The position numbers and the translations under genes are program-made. From NCBI GenBank assembly GCA_963767415.1, contig CAVYEU010000022.1:15885-79884 (forward strand): a stretch of DNA of 64,000 nt, in the 5' to 3' direction. The DNA comes from an uncultured Eubacteriales bacterium. GTDB lineage: Bacteria; Bacillota; Clostridia; Acetivibrionales; CAVYEU01. Below, one piece after another: positions 1 through 9,674 of this stretch (within the stretch, counting starts at the first letter, position 1; each line of letters opens with the position of its first letter). The notes under the pieces were generated by a model. That model worked only from the letters and a program-made list of their open reading frames with translations. It was not told the DNA's origin and did no database searches.

Positions 1-753
1 CTCCTTTTTTGTTAATTGTTTATCTGAAAAGACACTTAACCCAAGAGTCTTTGAAAAATGGAATGTTACATTGGCATCAAGTGGAACACACTTTAAATCA
101 TCAACTAAATGCATACATATTGGAATTTGTTCCTGAAGATAGTTAGTATCTTTGGAGAGAATAGAAGCTCTTTCACAAGCACCGCTATAGACCAGAGAGT
201 TTTCATTTAAGCTGCCTTCACCTTCAGCAATAGCCCAACAGGTTTTTATATTGTCATCAACAGCATAATCTCTGGTCGGTACATGTTCACACTTCCACCA
301 TTCCCGAATATCAAAACCGCAAATATTACAGGTTAATTTAGGAGCTGAAAACCCAATACTTGTATCTGTTAGTAAACCTTTATTTATCATGTCAATCAAA
401 GAATCAGTAGTCAATTCAGGAAATCCCGAAACAGGCATATCCTTTGGAATATAGAAAGAGCCGTAGAGAGTTCTTATTAAATTTCCATCAGCAAGCAATT
501 CATCATCAGTTTGAGCTTCAAAAACCTTTCCTACAGGCAATAATTTTGTATTATGAACCATCATCTGCGGAATACCTTTATTGGCATCCTGTAAAAACTT
601 ATCCATAAGCTGCTCGGAAATAATAATCCCATGTGATCTGACAGGCAAAGTATCAATCATCAGATTCTCAAAGACTTCGACTGCATCATCTGAAAGTTCA
701 ACTTTGCTAAATTTATTAATTTTATTTAATTGTTTTTCTGTTGGTACTGCCAT
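1..753 (-). CDS. putative prohead (head-maturation) protease, HK97/S78-like; 3' end lies beyond window start
   Basis: Own translation of the minus strand: ATG at 751-753 after a GGGGGA RBS, 251 codons open to position 1. It is absent from the ORF track because no stop lies in the window. The MMVHNTKLLPVGKV and KGLLTDTSIGFSA blocks resemble the His and Ser blocks of HK97-type prohead proteases. It lies directly downstream of the portal gene. Confidence 0.45.
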   Translation of the reverse strand, partial: MAVPTEKQLNKINKFSKVELSDDAVEVFENLMIDTLPVRSHGIIISEQLMDKFLQDANKGIPQMMVHNTKLLPVGKVFEAQTDDELLADGNLIRTLYGSFYIPKDMPVSGFPELTTDSLIDMINKGLLTDTSIGFSAPKLTCNICGFDIREWWKCEHVPTRDYAVDDNIKTCWAIAEGEGSLNENSLVYSGACERASILSKDTNYLQEQIPICMHLVDDLKCVPLDANVTFHFSKTLGLSVFSDKQLTKKE

Positions 754-828
754 TTTTCAATTCCCCCTATCTCACATGAATTATTTTAGTGCAGTCAATA
801 AATTTTCTAACTTTCTAAAGTTCTAAAA

Positions 829-2172
829 TTAATTGTTTTTTGGATTATCATCACTTTGTGGATTTGTTGGGGTACGCTCATCTGTTGCAGCCTTTTTACC
901 GCCACCACCTCCAAAACGTAATCCTTCAGGTCTTGGAGTTCCATTTGGCTTATTTCCTGTAACAGCGATACAAGCATCTTCATCCGAAAGCCAGCCTAAA
1001 TCAACAAGTGTAACTGCGTTTTGTATAGCAATTTGTCTAAATTGTTCCTGTTCCAGTGCTGTTCTGATCTCTACAGGCACAAATTTAAATTTTACATGTC
1101 CTTGAAGGCCCTTAAAATTGAGAACCAGAGTTAATGCTCGGCTTAGAATTGTTTCTATAAGCCATTGAATATCTTCTAATCCCTTTAGATAAAGCTTTAT
1201 TTCAATTTTGGCAAATGTCTCAGTATTTCCATTAGCACGTCTGCCTAAAATTGTGGATAGAGTTTTTAAAGCCATATTCATTTGCTCGTTTATTACATTC
1301 ATAAGTTTTTCAGGATCAAGCATTGCTTTCCCGGCATCGGGTAGGTTGACTTCTGTACTGTCATAGTGGACAAATGCGTCATCAGGTTCTAGTTTGTTAT
1401 ACATCTGGATAATCTCGTTTAATTTTTCATTTAGCCATTCCTGTTTCTTTTGCTCGTTATTGCGGATACTAATTGGCATACGCTCAAGTAAAACCTTTTC
1501 GATAATTTTAATGTCATACTTTGGATAGCCCTGATTATGTACAACTGCTTTTAGGTCTTGTAAAACCTGCAATTGAAAAAACACTGCCTGAATTACAGAT
1601 ACAATAGGACTTACACCTGTTGGGTCATCTATAAAAGAGTCAAGCCCTTCATAGAAAAATGTTGGGATATCAAGCTTTACTTGTTTTGATGTGGATTGCC
1701 AGGGAATAATTCTGCCATTGTCATTTTTAAATATTATGGTTGCTGGATCAACTGGTGCAAAATATGCGATGTCTAATAAGTCGTCAGTAAGAACAAGCTC
1801 TAAAGAAGCTGCACCTCTTACAACGCCTGTTTTTAAGAGTTGATTTATAATTCTGTTAAGGCTTTTTGTGAAACTGAATCCAGTGATTGAAGGTTGTTCA
1901 AGGTTTAATAAAAAAGTGTTAATTTGTTCTTCGCCTCTTGAATATGGTTTGCCGTTAGGTTTTGTAACGCTTATTCTATATCCAGAATTGCCAAGACGAA
2001 TAAAATTCCAAATAGCAAATGACACGTCAGGGTGTATTTCACTTAAAATGTCCAATAGTTGGTCGACTGAGTAGTTTTTTAGTCTGTTCTCGCTTAATCC
2101 GAGTTGGTTTTGAACTCTTCGTGGAATACTTGAAAATATATTGCTTGTAACTGCATATTTGGGAACGCTCAC
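829..2172 (-). CDS. phage portal protein (N-terminus probably extends to 2284 across a frameshift)
   Basis: 447 aa ORF with GTG start, placed after the large terminase in the packaging operon; size and position fit a portal. The frame stays open upstream of the GTG without a start codon. A separate frame starts at ATG 2282-2284 (MGIWALIRRKKGSMTATTTPK) and would join if one base of the T5 run at 2221-2225 were removed. Confidence 0.6.
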   Translation of the reverse strand: MSVPKYAVTSNIFSSIPRRVQNQLGLSENRLKNYSVDQLLDILSEIHPDVSFAIWNFIRLGNSGYRISVTKPNGKPYSRGEEQINTFLLNLEQPSITGFSFTKSLNRIINQLLKTGVVRGAASLELVLTDDLLDIAYFAPVDPATIIFKNDNGRIIPWQSTSKQVKLDIPTFFYEGLDSFIDDPTGVSPIVSVIQAVFFQLQVLQDLKAVVHNQGYPKYDIKIIEKVLLERMPISIRNNEQKKQEWLNEKLNEIIQMYNKLEPDDAFVHYDSTEVNLPDAGKAMLDPEKLMNVINEQMNMALKTLSTILGRRANGNTETFAKIEIKLYLKGLEDIQWLIETILSRALTLVLNFKGLQGHVKFKFVPVEIRTALEQEQFRQIAIQNAVTLVDLGWLSDEDACIAVTGNKPNGTPRPEGLRFGGGGGKKAATDERTPTNPQSDDNPKNN

Positions 2173-3079
2173 ACGAGCACCACCAAGTTCATACCTGTGA
2201 ACTATCCTCTCGTTCGGATATTTTTGGTGTTGTGGTTGCCGTCATAGAACCTTTTTTTCTCCTGATCAAAGCCCAAATTCCCATATACAGCTATCCTCTC
2301 TTTGAAACCATTTTTTTTGGTCTATTTATAGCTTAGAACAAAAATAAAATTTTCTAACGGGTTTTAAGTGATAATTTTAAAATATTTTTTTTTTTGATAA
2401 CCATAAAAAATTAGGTCTGAGATATTAATTGCAGATATGTTAGATATTATCTTGATTTTCACTTAGACTTGTCCAAATCAATATCGTTAAATGCTAGTTA
2501 TTGACTATGATTTTAGATACGGCTTGTCCAAACAGAATATATTTATGTTTAAGTGCTTATGACTATATGGAGTATATTAATGGATTATATTAATATGATT
2601 ATATAATTATATGTATATATATATTGCAATGAAGTTTAAATTGATCGTAGATCAACTTCCCTAAAAATATTATTACTTTGGTAGGATTCTGCACTTAGTT
2701 ACTTCAAATATTATTTACTTTATATTAGATAGTTAATTTATTTAATTCATTTATATAATTACTTATTTAATTCTAGCACCCTACCCGATAACAACTGAAT
2801 AAAATTAATTGTGTACTCTATACTTCTATGAACAGGAATAGATAAAAAATAGAATATGGTAAATGAATTTTAGAGCATGATTTTTACATATAGATACAAC
2901 CTAAAGAATAATTAATATATACTTGTATAAAAAAAGGTTAAAATAGCAAGTCCAAGAATATGAAGCTAGTATTTATTTGAGTCGTAATTAATATTTATGC
3001 TTATACAAAGATAGCATTTATTTGACAGCAAGAAGGTAACTTTAATAAAATAGGCAGATAATATTTATAGACTAAACTG

Positions 3080-3117
3080 AAAAAGCAAGAAGAAAATTTT
3101 AGATTTTCCTTCTTGCT
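3080..3117 (-). terminator. rho-independent terminator at the end of the large terminase gene
   Basis: On the minus strand the stem GCAAGAAG (3085-3092 pairs with 3109-3116) has a 16 nt loop and is followed by TTTTT (plus-strand A run 3080-3084). The hairpin overlaps the terminase stop codon. Confidence 0.5.
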
Positions 3118-4790
3118 CCAAACATTGCAGGTATAGAAAAATGCTCAACTTCCTCAACATCACTGTTGTAACAGCAATATGCAGCTGCAGCTCTGGCATC
3201 TGGTAAGTCTTTTCCGTAAGGTTCAGAATGGGTAATTTTATTTCCGTTTTGTATTTTTAGGTGTTTTAAATCCTCATTTGCTTCTGGATAGTCTAAGAGT
3301 TCTATAAAACCTGTATAAATAAGCCCTTTTAGATGTGTGTGAATTGAAACCTGAAAAGGATTGCTAAACGATTTATCTTCTGCATCAACTCCATAAAGTT
3401 GTAACCGTTGGACACACTCAGCAGAATTAAATTTATCAAAAAGTGCTGATTCAACATGAACCCTTTTACATATTTCCTCTAAAATATCAGCAACATTTAA
3501 TAAATCTACAGGTAGTCTGTCTTTTTTAGATGGCTTCCATTGGAGTAACAATTCTTCTACAGGCTTATTCACAAATTTATCCACAATTACACCATCTTCC
3601 ATTACCTCTGTTAATGTTGGTAAAGCTTTCATAAGACATATAGTATAGCTGTCAGTAGTTACCCCCGCATCCCCACCAATAAAATATTTAGAATTTGTAT
3701 CAAGTGAATCAAGACCATAAATTTTCAGTCCTGAAAAGTGTAAAGATTTGCCGTTTGTAATTGTTCTTTGGGTAACAATACTTTCGATAACAATCGGATT
3801 TGATTTACCTGTTCTGACACATGCATCAACTTTTTCAGGGAATTGGTATAAACCTTCTGATTGTGCAGGAGGGTCACATTCATATTTTGTTCTTGCTCCC
3901 TCCGGGTCTTTATCATAGTGTTTTTGCAAACTACTTCTGTTAATTTTAGGATTAACTTCCCATGACTTGCCCTTGATAGCCCAAACTTTAGGGTCAGTAA
4001 GTGACTCATTATATTTTAGCATCATGAAATCTTCAGCAGAGCGTGGAAATGATATAAATATCAGCAGAATATTATCGTTAAACCGGGTAGATGCAGAAGA
4101 TAGAAATGTATTATATGCTTCTTCTGCTTTTTGCATCTCGAACCCACCTATCTCATCAAATACAACCAATATCGGATTAAAACCCTCAAAACTTGTAGCT
4201 TCAGAATGGGTACTATGTGCTGTAATATTTTTATAGAACCGTATTTGATTTTTAGTAATTTGATATTCGTTATATGCTGAGTTAGTATTCAAAGATGGGT
4301 TATAATTTACAGGTCTAAACCACTTGCAGTTTTTTAATCTGGCTTTTAGTTTTTTGAAGAATACATTGCTTGCCTGATAAGCATTAAGGGCGACATTAAT
4401 AATATCAATCTGCTCATCCTGTGCAAAACCGTAATAATCCTGCGGATTGGAAAGACAACAAAGTCTATAACACATATATGCAACAATACCAGAAACCAAA
4501 AAATCCTTGCCCGATCCTTTTCCAAACAGGACTGCCATTTCAGTAATTTCTTTGTACTCAGCAGGAGTTAAGGGGTCTTCTTTACTTAGAACATAATCAA
4601 CAGCTTCTAAGAATTCAGTTTGTTTTCCAGAGTGTGGCTGTTCATTTAGCATTTCTTTAGAAGTAAAAAACTCTAAAAGGCTTACAGGCTTCTCTCGCCA
4701 TACATCTTCTTTTTTGTTCTTATCAGATCCAAGAGCTATAAATTGGTTCAGTAAATCAGTGATATTATAATTATTATTTGGCATATGCAA
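3099..4790 (-). CDS. terL: terminase large subunit
   Basis: 563 aa. Walker-A-like LFGKGSGKDF near the N-terminus and an acidic VVFDEIGG Walker-B-like block, followed by a nuclease-sized C-terminal half. Lies next to the portal and a small HTH protein. Confidence 0.85.
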   Translation of the reverse strand: MHMPNNNYNITDLLNQFIALGSDKNKKEDVWREKPVSLLEFFTSKEMLNEQPHSGKQTEFLEAVDYVLSKEDPLTPAEYKEITEMAVLFGKGSGKDFLVSGIVAYMCYRLCCLSNPQDYYGFAQDEQIDIINVALNAYQASNVFFKKLKARLKNCKWFRPVNYNPSLNTNSAYNEYQITKNQIRFYKNITAHSTHSEATSFEGFNPILVVFDEIGGFEMQKAEEAYNTFLSSASTRFNDNILLIFISFPRSAEDFMMLKYNESLTDPKVWAIKGKSWEVNPKINRSSLQKHYDKDPEGARTKYECDPPAQSEGLYQFPEKVDACVRTGKSNPIVIESIVTQRTITNGKSLHFSGLKIYGLDSLDTNSKYFIGGDAGVTTDSYTICLMKALPTLTEVMEDGVIVDKFVNKPVEELLLQWKPSKKDRLPVDLLNVADILEEICKRVHVESALFDKFNSAECVQRLQLYGVDAEDKSFSNPFQVSIHTHLKGLIYTGFIELLDYPEANEDLKHLKIQNGNKITHSEPYGKDLPDARAAAAYCCYNSDVEEVEHFSIPAMFGARRKI

Positions 4791-4858
4791 AACACCTCCA
4801 TCTAAAGGTTATTTTAGGCGGAGGTGTTTCTCATAAGCATAAGGCTAAATTGAATTTA

Positions 4859-5476
4859 TCAGATCTGAGCAAAATTATTTTCTAAAAATAAATCGATAAT
4901 ATTTTTTCCATCTTCAAAACCATTTTTATATAAAGCATCTCTAATAAGGCTGTCTTTATGATTATTTGCTTCTTCGTATTCATAGAGAAGCACTTGACTG
5001 TCTTTAGGTAGTTTTTCGAGAATCTGTTTTTGCAGTTCAATTATTTTTTTATTTAGGTCTTTATGCAGTTCACTCTCATTTATAGCTTCATATGAAATTT
5101 CTTCTACTCTTAGCCCAATAAAGTGTTCCACATATTCCTTAAACTGTTCCTGGATAGCTTCTTTAGGCTTAATTCCAGTTGCATTTGTTTTTAAAACATT
5201 TATAAAAATCATTCCCTCTTTAAGCCCTTTTAAATAAAAGCTGTCTGCAATAATACTTTCTAAACAGGTAATTTTTGATTTTATTTCATCTAAACATTTT
5301 TCAAAAAATTCTAAATTTTCGTTTAACACTACGGTCTTAATCTTAAACAGTTCTACCTGAAACTGTGCCATAAAATCTTTATATTCCTTATCTGCTTCTT
5401 CAAAATTACTCCAATTAGAATCTACCCTCGAAAATATAAATTCCTTAAAAGGCTCCTCAAACTTTTCTTTACACAT
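4859..5476 (-). CDS. hypothetical protein (packaging operon)
   Basis: 205 aa ORF with an ATG start after a GGAGGAGG RBS, co-oriented between the terS-like gene and terL. No motif recognised. Confidence 0.5.
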   Translation of the reverse strand: MCKEKFEEPFKEFIFSRVDSNWSNFEEADKEYKDFMAQFQVELFKIKTVVLNENLEFFEKCLDEIKSKITCLESIIADSFYLKGLKEGMIFINVLKTNATGIKPKEAIQEQFKEYVEHFIGLRVEEISYEAINESELHKDLNKKIIELQKQILEKLPKDSQVLLYEYEEANNHKDSLIRDALYKNGFEDGKNIIDLFLENNFAQI

Positions 5477-5805
5477 ATAAATTCCTCCTCCAAAAATATT
5501 TTTTGAAAGAGAATTTAAAAAGGTGCAATAGCAGGTTTAAACCCTACACATGCACCTTTTTGTATAAAAAAGTTGAAATTATAAGCATAACTAAGTTATA
5601 ATAGCTTCTGGGTCGCTATGATAGCTTTTAAATGCTATACGTGTAGGTAGTTCCTAAACTGTTTTACCTGCATGTGCTTTGTCAGTGTTATCAGCACTGA
5701 CAAGACATGGTGACCTCTTAAAATTCTCTAACAATGATCATTATAATTATATCTTAGACTATATGCAACATCTTTTTGGTAATTTTGCCCTGTTTTAATC
5801 TTTGC

Positions 5806-6462
5806 CTATAAGTCCTTTTCTTCCTGATCTTTGGGTTCAACAACTTCGTTAAATTCTGTATCAGACATACTATTAACTTTTTTAGTAAGCCAAACAGAAT
5901 TTTGTTTTATGCGAAGCTTATCTAAAATAGGATTCAGAGCTTGAGGAGCTACATCATGGACAGTCTCAAGCACAATTTCCATAAATTTTTTAACATTCTC
6001 AAAATCGTTGATCTGTTTTTGCATTTCAGTCATTTGTTTCAACAAAACCCTCATTTCAGAACATAACGCTTTATATGATTTTGTATTTATTGTTCCGTTA
6101 CTTTCTGCTGCTTTATTTTCCATGTTAATCAGCAAAGTCTTGGTACGGTTATAAAGAAGCAGAGTTTCGTCTATAATATCAACTTGCTTATTCATTACCT
6201 TCAATAGCCGTCTTTTATCCTGATGCAGCAAATGTTTTTTTACTTCGGGTATCTTTTTTAGAAATCTCTCAACAGTCCAAAGTTTAATTTCATCATCTGA
6301 AGGTACAAGACCAGATATATTTAATTTCTCAGCTATTTCCTGATAAGTTAAATGTTCTTCTTCCCGAAGTCTAATTGCCATTTCTTCGAGTTTATACTTT
6401 TCAATTTTAGATTTACAGGTAGTATGAACCATTGATGTGGCCTTATTTACACGCTTTCCCAT
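5806..6462 (-). CDS. putative terminase small subunit (HTH protein)
   Basis: 218 aa with an N-terminal helix-turn-helix (LTYQEIAEKLNISG) followed by a coiled-coil region. Lies upstream of terL in the same orientation, with a GAGAGGTGA RBS. Confidence 0.45.
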   Translation of the reverse strand: MGKRVNKATSMVHTTCKSKIEKYKLEEMAIRLREEEHLTYQEIAEKLNISGLVPSDDEIKLWTVERFLKKIPEVKKHLLHQDKRRLLKVMNKQVDIIDETLLLYNRTKTLLINMENKAAESNGTINTKSYKALCSEMRVLLKQMTEMQKQINDFENVKKFMEIVLETVHDVAPQALNPILDKLRIKQNSVWLTKKVNSMSDTEFNEVVEPKDQEEKDL

Positions 6463-6469
6463 ATAATTT

Positions 6470-6637
6470 TCACCTCTCTTTTAATAAATCAGTAACTAAT
6501 TTTCTTTTCTTAGCAGAGCTATAGGATTTTGATTTATCTCTTTCCCATAGCTTATTTAATTCTGGATCAACTTTTAATTGTATGGCATTTAAAACTGTAT
6601 TGCTCTCCAACAAGGTATTATAGCTACAATTTTTCAT
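6470..6637 (-). CDS. small hypothetical protein (55 aa)
   Basis: Own translation, below the ORF-track size cutoff: MKNCSYNTLLESNTVLNAIQLKVDPELNKLWERDKSKSYSSAKKRKLVTDLLKER. AAGGAG lies upstream. Its stop overlaps the RBS of the terS-like gene. Confidence 0.3.
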   Translation of the reverse strand: MKNCSYNTLLESNTVLNAIQLKVDPELNKLWERDKSKSYSSAKKRKLVTDLLKER

Positions 6638-6678
6638 CTCTGACACCGACTCCTTTCTAAATTGGATTTACAAAAGTG

Positions 6679-6707
6679 ATATACGATGAAAATGAATGAA
6701 TTTTAAG
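6679..6707 (-). promoter_or_regulatory. variant copy of the phage promoter motif (CTTAAA-N15-TCGTATAT) upstream of the packaging operon
   Basis: On the minus strand TCGTATAT is the reverse complement of 6679-6686 and CTTAAA of 6702-6707, with a 15 nt spacer. It sits about 40 nt upstream of the first small ORF of the packaging block. Confidence 0.4.
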
Positions 6708-6825
6708 TTTTTAGAAAAAATGAATATTTTTAGAATATATTGGTAACTTATGCAGATATTGTTTGAATATATACAACTTTATTAAAAAAATTAAAAGTGG
6801 GCTACCGGGTTGGTGGGTTTAAATA

Positions 6826-7047
6826 TTAACGTCTATTAAACAAATTAAGTATTATAGTCAATATAACACTGATGATAATACATGTAACCAAAGGAAAGTA
6901 AAAAGTAATATTGTCTTTTCTGTATATAAAATCTCCCGGTAATCGTCCTATACCTAATTTACCACCAAAGTATATGATAATTCCACCAAGAAAAATTATT
7001 ATTCCAATTATAATAAGTATTTTACCAAATCCCTGTCCAAAGTCCAT
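6826..7047 (-). CDS. DUF2905-family small membrane protein
   Basis: 73 aa with two TM segments flanking GRLPGDFIYRKDNITFYFPLVT, matching the GRLPGD...FYFP signature I recognise for DUF2905. Confidence 0.7.
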   Translation of the reverse strand: MDFGQGFGKILIIIGIIIFLGGIIIYFGGKLGIGRLPGDFIYRKDNITFYFPLVTCIIISVILTIILNLFNRR

Positions 7048-7237
7048 TAATTAAAACTCCTACAATATTTTTTTATATATTATATTTTCCTCCAAATTAA
7101 ATTGTTAATTCAATTATATTTATGAAAAGCTAAAACTTTCTTAAAGCTAATAGTTATATGGATAATGATCAGCTCACAATTCAGTAAAGCATATAGGCAA
7201 TAAATACTTCTGGCTCGTTAATCATCCTTTTGCGGTC

Positions 7238-8083
7238 TTATCTGTTTTTTGATATTCTGTACGGATATTCCGATTTCACAATAGAAATATCACTGTGTAC
7301 TCCATTTTTATGTAATAGATTGCTTATATCCTCAGATGTATATTCGCAATTGGTTCCAATAATTATTTCTTTTAACGTGCACATGCCGTCCGATTTCAGC
7401 CAAGGTAAAGTGCAATGTAGTAGGGGCTCCTCTATGATATTGGAAACTTCAGAAATGGAATTTTGACTGTGTTCTTTACAAGGATAATAAATGACGCGCA
7501 CTTCTCTCTCGTCTTTAAAAGTCGGATTTTTTATAAATGCAGAATAATGTTTTAGCGTTGTGCGCACAGTCAACCATCCTAATGCTGTAGTATCACTTCT
7601 AAGCTTATCAATAAAAATAGGAATGAAATTTTGTGCCAAACCATCTCTGTCATAATAGACTTGATTCCATCCGATAGAATTCTCCAAATTCACGCTCGGA
7701 TGTGGCATATTAGGAGCAATTCCTGTAAATAGTTCCCTCGAAAATCCGATTGCAATACCACGGCTCATATCTCCATATTCATTCCAATTTTGCGCTAGAT
7801 CTCTATTAATACTAAGACACACACCATATGGCGTTTGGTCACCCTCTAGAGAAGAATGTAACTCTACTTCCATTTGACTATTGAGCATATTTATAATATC
7901 TGCTGAATTTTGCATGTCACCAAGACCTTTTTCTAAGTCTTTTTGAATACTGTCCCATATGATTTTAAATGTTCGACTCACTTCTTCCTTGTCATTAGAC
8001 TTTACAATTTGAGTTAACCATAGTGTTTTAGATTTTATAAAATATTTGAATTTTTTAAAGCTACAGTAATGATATAAAAGCAC
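7238..8083 (-). CDS. DUF2971-family protein
   Basis: The N-terminal LLYHYCSFKKF...LWLTQIVKSNDKEE matches the DUF2971 LYHYT...ND.E pattern. The track ORF starts at TTG 8113, but AAAGGAGG followed by GTG at 8083 is the more likely start. Confidence 0.6.
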   Translation of the reverse strand: MLLYHYCSFKKFKYFIKSKTLWLTQIVKSNDKEEVSRTFKIIWDSIQKDLEKGLGDMQNSADIINMLNSQMEVELHSSLEGDQTPYGVCLSINRDLAQNWNEYGDMSRGIAIGFSRELFTGIAPNMPHPSVNLENSIGWNQVYYDRDGLAQNFIPIFIDKLRSDTTALGWLTVRTTLKHYSAFIKNPTFKDEREVRVIYYPCKEHSQNSISEVSNIIEEPLLHCTLPWLKSDGMCTLKEIIIGTNCEYTSEDISNLLHKNGVHSDISIVKSEYPYRISKNR

Positions 8084-8211
8084 AAAACAACCTCCTTTTT
8101 CTGTTTCGTTCAACTTCCCATTATTGCTAAAACATTCAGTTACATGAACTGGCGATTATTAGCCTAATGTGTATATGGATTATGGCCAACATATTTTTTG
8201 CTTAATTAAAT

Positions 8212-8932
8212 CTATTTATAAAATAATAAGTAAGGATGTTTTTCTTTTAAATCTTTTATTCCATTAATTCTTTCTATAATATTATCATAATCGAGATAGT
8301 TAGATAATGTATTCAATGAAATATCAGCTATCAATAAAATTTGTTCTAGTGAAAATCCTGAATTGAATAGCTCCTTTATTAGCATTACTTTGAGTTTTTC
8401 TGGATTTATTTGGATCTTTCTATATCCGCCTTTTTGAAGATAGTCAGAAGCCTTATTTATAATTACATTTACCGAGTTAATAGCAAGAGGTAGTTCAGAA
8501 TATCCTTTATAATGCCTTGCGAAAAAGAAATTACTTCTAAAATTCTCGTCTCTAATATTTTCTACATATTTAATTATTCGTTCAATGAAAGCCTCTGGAA
8601 ACTCAAAAATTTTGTTATTAAATCTAATTGTATTATTCTGATAGTCAATATTATTAAGTTTAAGAGAAACAATATCTTCGCGTAACACTACAATACAAGC
8701 AAAGTAAAAACATAAGACGATTCCTTTCTGGTTCACGGGATTCTTCATACCCCTCCAATATACATTCAATCTCTTTAGTTGTTAGAGGCTCTATTTCCTC
8801 TTCATCTTGCAAATTATATATTTCCTTTAGCTCTTTATTAGATATAACATTGTGAAAAGGATTTTCGTTGTGAAGACCATATTTTATAAATAAATCATAG
8901 AAGTTTCTAATATATGCATATCTATTTCTCAT
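8212..8932 (-). pseudogene. degenerate, frameshifted tyrosine-recombinase-like gene
   Basis: Two overlapping ORFs (8660-8932 and 8212-8769). The first ends RNRLMFLLCLYCS and the second continues VVLREDIVSLKLNNIDYQNNTIRF, which together form the Xer/integrase TG.R.sE..L...DI block split by a frameshift near 8680-8692. The HxxR position reads EKLK. The N-terminal domain is truncated. Confidence 0.55.
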
Positions 8933-9079
8933 AGTTGCTACAGATGTTATTGTTCTTTATTATTAAGTTTTTTACTATTTTCAATATTATTTTTATTAAA
9001 GTCAATGAAGTCGTCAGGACTCAAATATTTCAATTCTCATAACCGTATTTTTTATCAATATATCTAAAAAATTTACTAA

Positions 9080-9628
9080 TTACATCATTATAAATTGACC
9101 ATGAATTAATATTAGCATTTTCTTTAAGCTTAAATACCTTATATTGTTGTAAGTATTTAGGTAATACGAGCCCTTATTAATCATTTTATGTGAAAAATAT
9201 CTTATAGTATCTGATTCATTTACCTCAAAAATATTATATCTTAAAATCTCTTTATCTTTACATTCACCTTCAATATCATTATTTACAAGAATATAATCCT
9301 TCCCGTCTGTTAAAATCCCCCATTCCACATTCTTGTCATTTAAATAGCTAATTAATTGATGTAAATCTTTCAAATAGGATTTGCCTGTAAAGCTCTTTTT
9401 AACTTCAATAAAAAGTATAACTTTAGAATTCATTTTAATAGTAATATCAGAAATTGTTACTCCTTTAATAACGGGATTCTCATAAAATTGCCATTTAAAT
9501 GGATACCCCAATATTTCAAGAAAAGGTGAAACAACCTTCATTTTAATATTGGCTTCATTAAAATCTTCGAAAGAATTACTAAGATTCATATATTTATCTT
9601 GTATTAGTTTTACATTTTCAAATATCAT
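9080..9628 (-). CDS. HsdR_N-like PD-(D/E)xK nuclease-domain protein
   Basis: 182 aa. EANIKMKVVSPFLEILGY ... DITI ... LFIEVKK ... QLISYL ... WGILTDG follows the pattern of the type I restriction R-subunit N-terminal domain. Confidence 0.5.
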   Translation of the reverse strand: MIFENVKLIQDKYMNLSNSFEDFNEANIKMKVVSPFLEILGYPFKWQFYENPVIKGVTISDITIKMNSKVILFIEVKKSFTGKSYLKDLHQLISYLNDKNVEWGILTDGKDYILVNNDIEGECKDKEILRYNIFEVNESDTIRYFSHKMINKGSYYLNTYNNIRYLSLKKMLILIHGQFIMM

Positions 9629-9674
9629 AAAACACCTCCGAAATTAAATTTCTACTTAAGCGAAAAACTACATA

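Noticed and set aside
581-1105. Plus-strand ORFs 581-826 and 833-1105, and also 1868-2074, 3967-4236 and similar short ORFs on the strand opposite to phage genes.
   Set aside because: They lie entirely antisense to well-supported long ORFs (protease-like gene, portal, terminase). They lack an RBS and give low-complexity products.
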